From assembly GCA_902798815.1 (NCBI GenBank), contig CADBYH010000003.1, positions 4,431-68,430 of the forward strand: a DNA stretch of 64,000 nt, given 5' to 3'. This stretch comes from an uncultured Erysipelotrichaceae bacterium. Its GTDB lineage: Bacteria > Bacillota_I > Bacilli_A > RF39 > UBA660. The notes under the pieces were generated by a model. The model searched no databases. It was not told where the DNA came from and saw nothing but the letters and a program-made list of their open reading frames with translations. A program made the position numbers and the translations under genes. Shown in pieces: positions 59,852-64,000 of the stretch; positions within the stretch are counted from its first letter, which is position 1; each line of letters begins with the position of its first letter.

Positions 59852-61828
59852 ATGAAGAATCCGATAACTGATATTAATGATATAAACGAAGAAAAGATTG
59901 TTGATCAGATAAGATGTTTAGGTATTGATATGATAGATAATGCTCAAAGTGGACATCCTGGGATTGTTTTAGGAGCAGCGCCTATTATGTATGCATTATT
60001 TGCTCATCATTTGAACTTTGATCCTAGTGATACTAAGTATTTTAATAGAGATAGATTTATTATGTCTGCTGGGCATGGTTCTGCTTTATTGTATGCTACT
60101 ATGTTTATGGCTGGATATCCAATTACAATGGACGATTTAAAAAAATTTAGACAACTTGGTTCTATTACTCCTGGTCATCCTGAGTATGGAGTTACACCTG
60201 GTGTTGATTGTACAACAGGTCCATTAGGACAAGGTGTTGCTACGGCAGTTGGTTGTGCTATTGCTGAAGCAAAGTTACATGCAAAATACAATATAGTTGA
60301 TCATTATACTTATGTACTTGCTGGTGATGGGGATCTTATGGAAGGAATAACATATGAAGCATGTTCATTAGCAGGTGAGTTAAATCTAAATAAGTTAATA
60401 GTTTTATATGATTCTAATAATACGTGTTTAGATGGACCAGTTGATAAGACATTTACAGAAAACATTGGGATGAGATTCATATCTCAAGGTTGGAATGTCA
60501 TTTTGGTTGAAGATGGAGATTCTTATGAAATTATTTCTAAAGCAATTGAAGAAGCAAAAACTTCAAAAGATAAACCAACATTGATACAGGTAAAAACGAC
60601 AATTGGCAAATATTCAGTTAATGAAGGTACTAATAAAGTACATGGTTCTCCTTTGGAAAAAAGTGATATTACACAAATTAAAGAAAAACTTGGAATGAGA
60701 GATATTCCTTTTCAAGTTTCACAACAGTCTTGTGATGAATTTAAATATATTATAGAAAAAAGATGTAAAAAATTATCTGAAAAATTTAATAAGAAATTAG
60801 ATAATCTTTCTGATGAAGAAAGAAATGAGTTGGAATATTTTATTAATGATAATAAAAAAATAGATTTTAAAAATTTTGTTTATGATGCACCTAGTGATGG
60901 TATTGAAACATTGAGAGATACATCTAAAAAAGTTCTAAACGGAATTGTTTCAAATAATCCTTTTATGATAGGAGGAGCAGCAGATACTTTCTCAACTAAT
61001 AAGACCTATGTTGATAATGGTGGAGATTTTACTAAAGATAATTATCTTGGAAAAAATATTTATTATGGAGTAAGAGAGCATGCTATGGGAGCTATTACTA
61101 ATGGATTAAGTTTATCTGGTTTTAGACCTTATTGTTCGACTTTCTTAGCTTTTTCTGATTATCTAAAACCATCTCTTAGAATGGCTTCTTTAATGAATTT
61201 ACAAAATATTTATATATTTACACATGATTCAATTAGTGTAGGTGAAGATGGACCAACACATCAACCTATGGAACAGTTGTTGTCATTGAGATGTTTACCT
61301 AACTTTGATGTATTTAGACCAGCTGATGCTAATGAAGTTATTGGTACTTATAAAACTATATTTGCAAAAGACAAAGGACCGTCTGTTATTACTTTGTCTA
61401 GGAATAAATTACCAATACTTGAATGTACAAAAGCTAATGAAGTTGAAAAAGGTGGATATGTTGTTATTGACACTTTAGAAAAACCTAATGGTATTATTAT
61501 TACTTCAGGTGAAGAGTTACATTTAGTTTTAGAAGTTGTTAAAAACTTAAAAGTAAAAGGTATTAATCTAAGAGTTGTTTCTATGCCTAATTTAGGTAGA
61601 TTTTTAAAACAAGATGATGATTATATTGAATCAATTTTACCTGTTGAAGTTAGAAAAATAGTAGTAGAAGCATCATCATCAATGTCATGGAATAGATTAA
61701 TATTTAATAGTAAATATTTAATAACATTAGATACATTTGGTGATAGTGGAAAATATCAAGATGTATATAAAAAGTTTGGTTTTGATATAAGTAGTTTAGA
61801 AGAGAAAATAGAAAATCTCTTAAAATAA
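59852..61828 (+). CDS. tkt: transketolase
   Basis: SGHPG thiamine-diphosphate binding motif (GHPGIVLGAAP), GDG, and C-terminal transketolase domains. 658 aa. Confidence 0.85.
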   Translation: MKNPITDINDINEEKIVDQIRCLGIDMIDNAQSGHPGIVLGAAPIMYALFAHHLNFDPSDTKYFNRDRFIMSAGHGSALLYATMFMAGYPITMDDLKKFRQLGSITPGHPEYGVTPGVDCTTGPLGQGVATAVGCAIAEAKLHAKYNIVDHYTYVLAGDGDLMEGITYEACSLAGELNLNKLIVLYDSNNTCLDGPVDKTFTENIGMRFISQGWNVILVEDGDSYEIISKAIEEAKTSKDKPTLIQVKTTIGKYSVNEGTNKVHGSPLEKSDITQIKEKLGMRDIPFQVSQQSCDEFKYIIEKRCKKLSEKFNKKLDNLSDEERNELEYFINDNKKIDFKNFVYDAPSDGIETLRDTSKKVLNGIVSNNPFMIGGAADTFSTNKTYVDNGGDFTKDNYLGKNIYYGVREHAMGAITNGLSLSGFRPYCSTFLAFSDYLKPSLRMASLMNLQNIYIFTHDSISVGEDGPTHQPMEQLLSLRCLPNFDVFRPADANEVIGTYKTIFAKDKGPSVITLSRNKLPILECTKANEVEKGGYVVIDTLEKPNGIIITSGEELHLVLEVVKNLKVKGINLRVVSMPNLGRFLKQDDDYIESILPVEVRKIVVEASSSMSWNRLIFNSKYLITLDTFGDSGKYQDVYKKFGFDISSLEEKIENLLK

Positions 61829-61866
61829 GACAAAAGTAGACCTTCGTTTTTGTTATTCTATAAAGG

Positions 61867-62283
61867 GTGATAAAAATGAAAGTCTACTATATTTTTAAAA
61901 TAAAAAAGGAATTTGTTAATTTATATAAGGATTTTCCTAGTGTACTTTATAATATTTTAAGAAGTATTTATTATTTGGATAAGGAATCTGTAGAATATGG
62001 ATATAATCTATTTAATCAATTAATAAATACTATTGATAAATATAAATTGGATAGAGAATTATATATAGATATGCATAAAGATATACCTTATATAAAGAAA
62101 CAAGATATTCATATTATAAACAATTTATATAAAGATGAAGTAAGTAGATTAAGAATTAATAATTTTTTTATGAAACTTGAGTTAGATCAAGAATATTCAA
62201 CATTTTATGATTATTTAAAGAATAAAGAGGACAATTTATTTATATGTGATTTTAAAGAAACAGATTTTTTCTTTTTACATTAA
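61867..62283 (+). CDS. hypothetical protein (138 aa)
   Basis: ORF track. Confidence 0.3.
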   Translation: MIKMKVYYIFKIKKEFVNLYKDFPSVLYNILRSIYYLDKESVEYGYNLFNQLINTIDKYKLDRELYIDMHKDIPYIKKQDIHIINNLYKDEVSRLRINNFFMKLELDQEYSTFYDYLKNKEDNLFICDFKETDFFFLH

Positions 62284-62304
62284 TTATTTTAAGGAGATGA
62301 AGTT

Positions 62305-63006
62305 ATGTCTCAATATGAATTATTGCTTTTTATTCAACATGGATTAAATTATGTTTTGGGCAAAGAAGATATTGAATTAATTATAAAATTATATAAATTA
62401 TCGATACTTGTTCAAGGAAGTGATGATGATAATTATAAAAAATTATTCATAATCAATTATATTGATTATTATAATGGTCGTCTTGAATTTATTCTAGGTG
62501 TTAAAAATATGAGTAATGAAATGGTTGTTGATTTAAAAAATATCATTATAAGTAGTTTAGATATGTATATTGAACGTAATAAAAAAGATCAAGAAGAATA
62601 TAAAAGAAAATATGAGGAAAGAAAGACTAAGTTTTTAGAATTATCTATTGATGATGTTAGGAATGCTATTATTAATGAATTATTAAGTGGAGTTAATACT
62701 TCTACAGATGATATTAATTTTTTAAGAGATAGGTATAATTCAATTAGTTATGAAGAGATAAAAGATTTAGAGAACATTAATATAGATTTTGAGTTAGAGA
62801 AAATAAAAGGAAAAAGAAAACATAAATATACAGATGTAGGTAATTTTGAAGATGATGATGAAGTGTTAAAAGTAATTATTAATAATTTAACTAAACGTGG
62901 ATATTTATCTCATCATTTGCATATACATGTATATGAAGAGTTAGATAATGCTATTAATATAATAAATAATAGTAAAAATAATAATTATAAGAAGATATAT
63001 CAATGA
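62305..63006 (+). CDS. hypothetical protein (233 aa)
   Basis: ORF track. AAGGAGATGAAG RBS. Confidence 0.3.
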   Translation: MSQYELLLFIQHGLNYVLGKEDIELIIKLYKLSILVQGSDDDNYKKLFIINYIDYYNGRLEFILGVKNMSNEMVVDLKNIIISSLDMYIERNKKDQEEYKRKYEERKTKFLELSIDDVRNAIINELLSGVNTSTDDINFLRDRYNSISYEEIKDLENINIDFELEKIKGKRKHKYTDVGNFEDDDEVLKVIINNLTKRGYLSHHLHIHVYEELDNAINIINNSKNNNYKKIYQ

Positions 63007-63057
63007 TGTTGAATAATTATTGATAATCGTGTAAAATATATCTAGAGGAGTGATTTT

Positions 63058-63267
63058 ATGTTACATGATATTATATTGCTAGTAGTTGGACTTCTTCTTG
63101 GAGCAGTAATAGGATTTTTTGGAGCAAGATATTTTATGAAAAGTTATCTTAAGAAAAATCCACCAATTAATGAAGATATGATAAAAGCTTTAATGATGCA
63201 AATGGGAAGAAAACCTAATCAAAAACAAATAAATCAAATGATGAAGCAAATGGAAAAGTATCAATAA
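63058..63267 (+). CDS. yneF: UPF0154/YneF-family small membrane protein
   Basis: Single N-terminal TM ([21 protein letters not shown]) plus Gln/Met-rich tail ([20 protein letters not shown]), typical of YneF. Confidence 0.6.
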   Translation: MLHDIILLVVGLLLGAVIGFFGARYFMKSYLKKNPPINEDMIKALMMQMGRKPNQKQINQMMKQMEKYQ

Positions 63268-63322
63268 GATACTTTTTTTTTGATATATGATATAATAGTT
63301 AATATTTTGGGATGTGATATGT

Positions 63323-64000
63323 ATGAAAGATTTTAAAGAAAAGTTATCTTTAGTACCAACGAAACCAGGTAGTTATCAGATGAAGAACAAAGATGGAGTA
63401 ATTATCTATGTTGGTAAAGCTAAAAATCTCCAGAGAAGACTTAGAAGTTATTTTACTAGAACTGTTACTGGTAAAACAAAAATGTTGGTTGATGATATTG
63501 ATGATTTTGAATATATAGTTACATCAAGTGAATTAGAAAGTTTAATATTAGAAATTACTTTAATTAAAAAATATGATCCAAAATATAATATATTATTAAC
63601 TGATGATAAAACATATCCATATATTGAACTTACTAATGATAAATATCCGATACTAAAAGTAGTTAGAAATGTTAAAAGAAAAAAGAATAAAAACTATTTA
63701 TATGGACCATATCCTAATGTAGGAGCAGCAAGAAAAACAGTAAATATGATTAACAGAATTTATCCATTACGTAAATGTGATAAATTAAAGAAGGAATTGT
63801 GTCTTTATTATCATATAAATGAGTGTCTAGGATATTGTTGTAAGAATATTGAAAAAGAAACAATTGATAATATGAAGAAAGAAATTATTTCTTTTTTAAA
63901 GGGAGACAGTAAAATAATTGTAAGTAAAATAGAAAAAGAGATGACAAGGGCAAGTAATAATCTGAATTATGAACGAGCATTGGAACTTAAAAATATGCTT
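63323..64000 (+). CDS. uvrC: excinuclease ABC subunit C, N-terminal part (runs off the window end)
   Basis: GIY-YIG domain: PGSYQMKNKDGVIIYVGKAKNLQRRLRSYF ... and Cys-rich region. No stop before position 64000. Confidence 0.8.
   Translation, partial: MKDFKEKLSLVPTKPGSYQMKNKDGVIIYVGKAKNLQRRLRSYFTRTVTGKTKMLVDDIDDFEYIVTSSELESLILEITLIKKYDPKYNILLTDDKTYPYIELTNDKYPILKVVRNVKRKKNKNYLYGPYPNVGAARKTVNMINRIYPLRKCDKLKKELCLYYHINECLGYCCKNIEKETIDNMKKEIISFLKGDSKIIVSKIEKEMTRASNNLNYERALELKNML

Overview
The window is a very AT-rich chromosomal segment from a low-GC Firmicutes-type organism (about 25-30% GC by eye). Gene content is typical of Erysipelotrichia or Clostridia: dnaG-sigA-trmK, rpmG-efp, ftsK, deoD, lepA-hemW, tkt, uvrC, plus SpoIIID-like, YlbJ and YlbL homologues. 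Genes are almost all on the + strand and tightly packed, often with translationally coupled overlaps. Three tRNA genes are present: tRNA-Arg(CCG) and a tandem tRNA-Thr(CGU)/tRNA-Thr(GGU) pair. A ribosomal protein L33 gene is missing from the ORF track. A complete NAD salvage and regulation supra-operon (pncA-pncB-nudix-nadE-nadD::pncC-nrtR-nadK) follows a consensus sigma-A promoter that overlaps an inverted-repeat operator candidate. Type IV pilus / competence-pseudopilus parts are scattered: four prepilin-type genes in two loci about 20 kb apart, plus a GspE/PilB-type ATPase on the - strand. That ATPase carries an unusual C-terminal tandem-repeat tail (6 x 14 aa) encoded by a 42-bp DNA repeat; no platform protein or prepilin peptidase lies in the window. 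Immediately downstream of the tRNA-Thr pair is a compact about 2.3 kb accessory-looking cassette: a DUF488-like 'CHR'-motif protein, a MazG-like all-alpha NTP pyrophosphohydrolase, a convergent stand-alone radical SAM enzyme and a small divergent ORF. This cassette is the best candidate for an undescribed nucleotide-directed (defence or modification-like) module. Other oddities are a NadD-PncC fusion, an E2-like acyltransferase with a His->Glu active-site change coupled to a GT4 glycosyltransferase, a PlsC paralogue with a large insertion, and a structured 310-bp leader upstream of a two-component system. No CRISPR array, transposase or integrase is visible.
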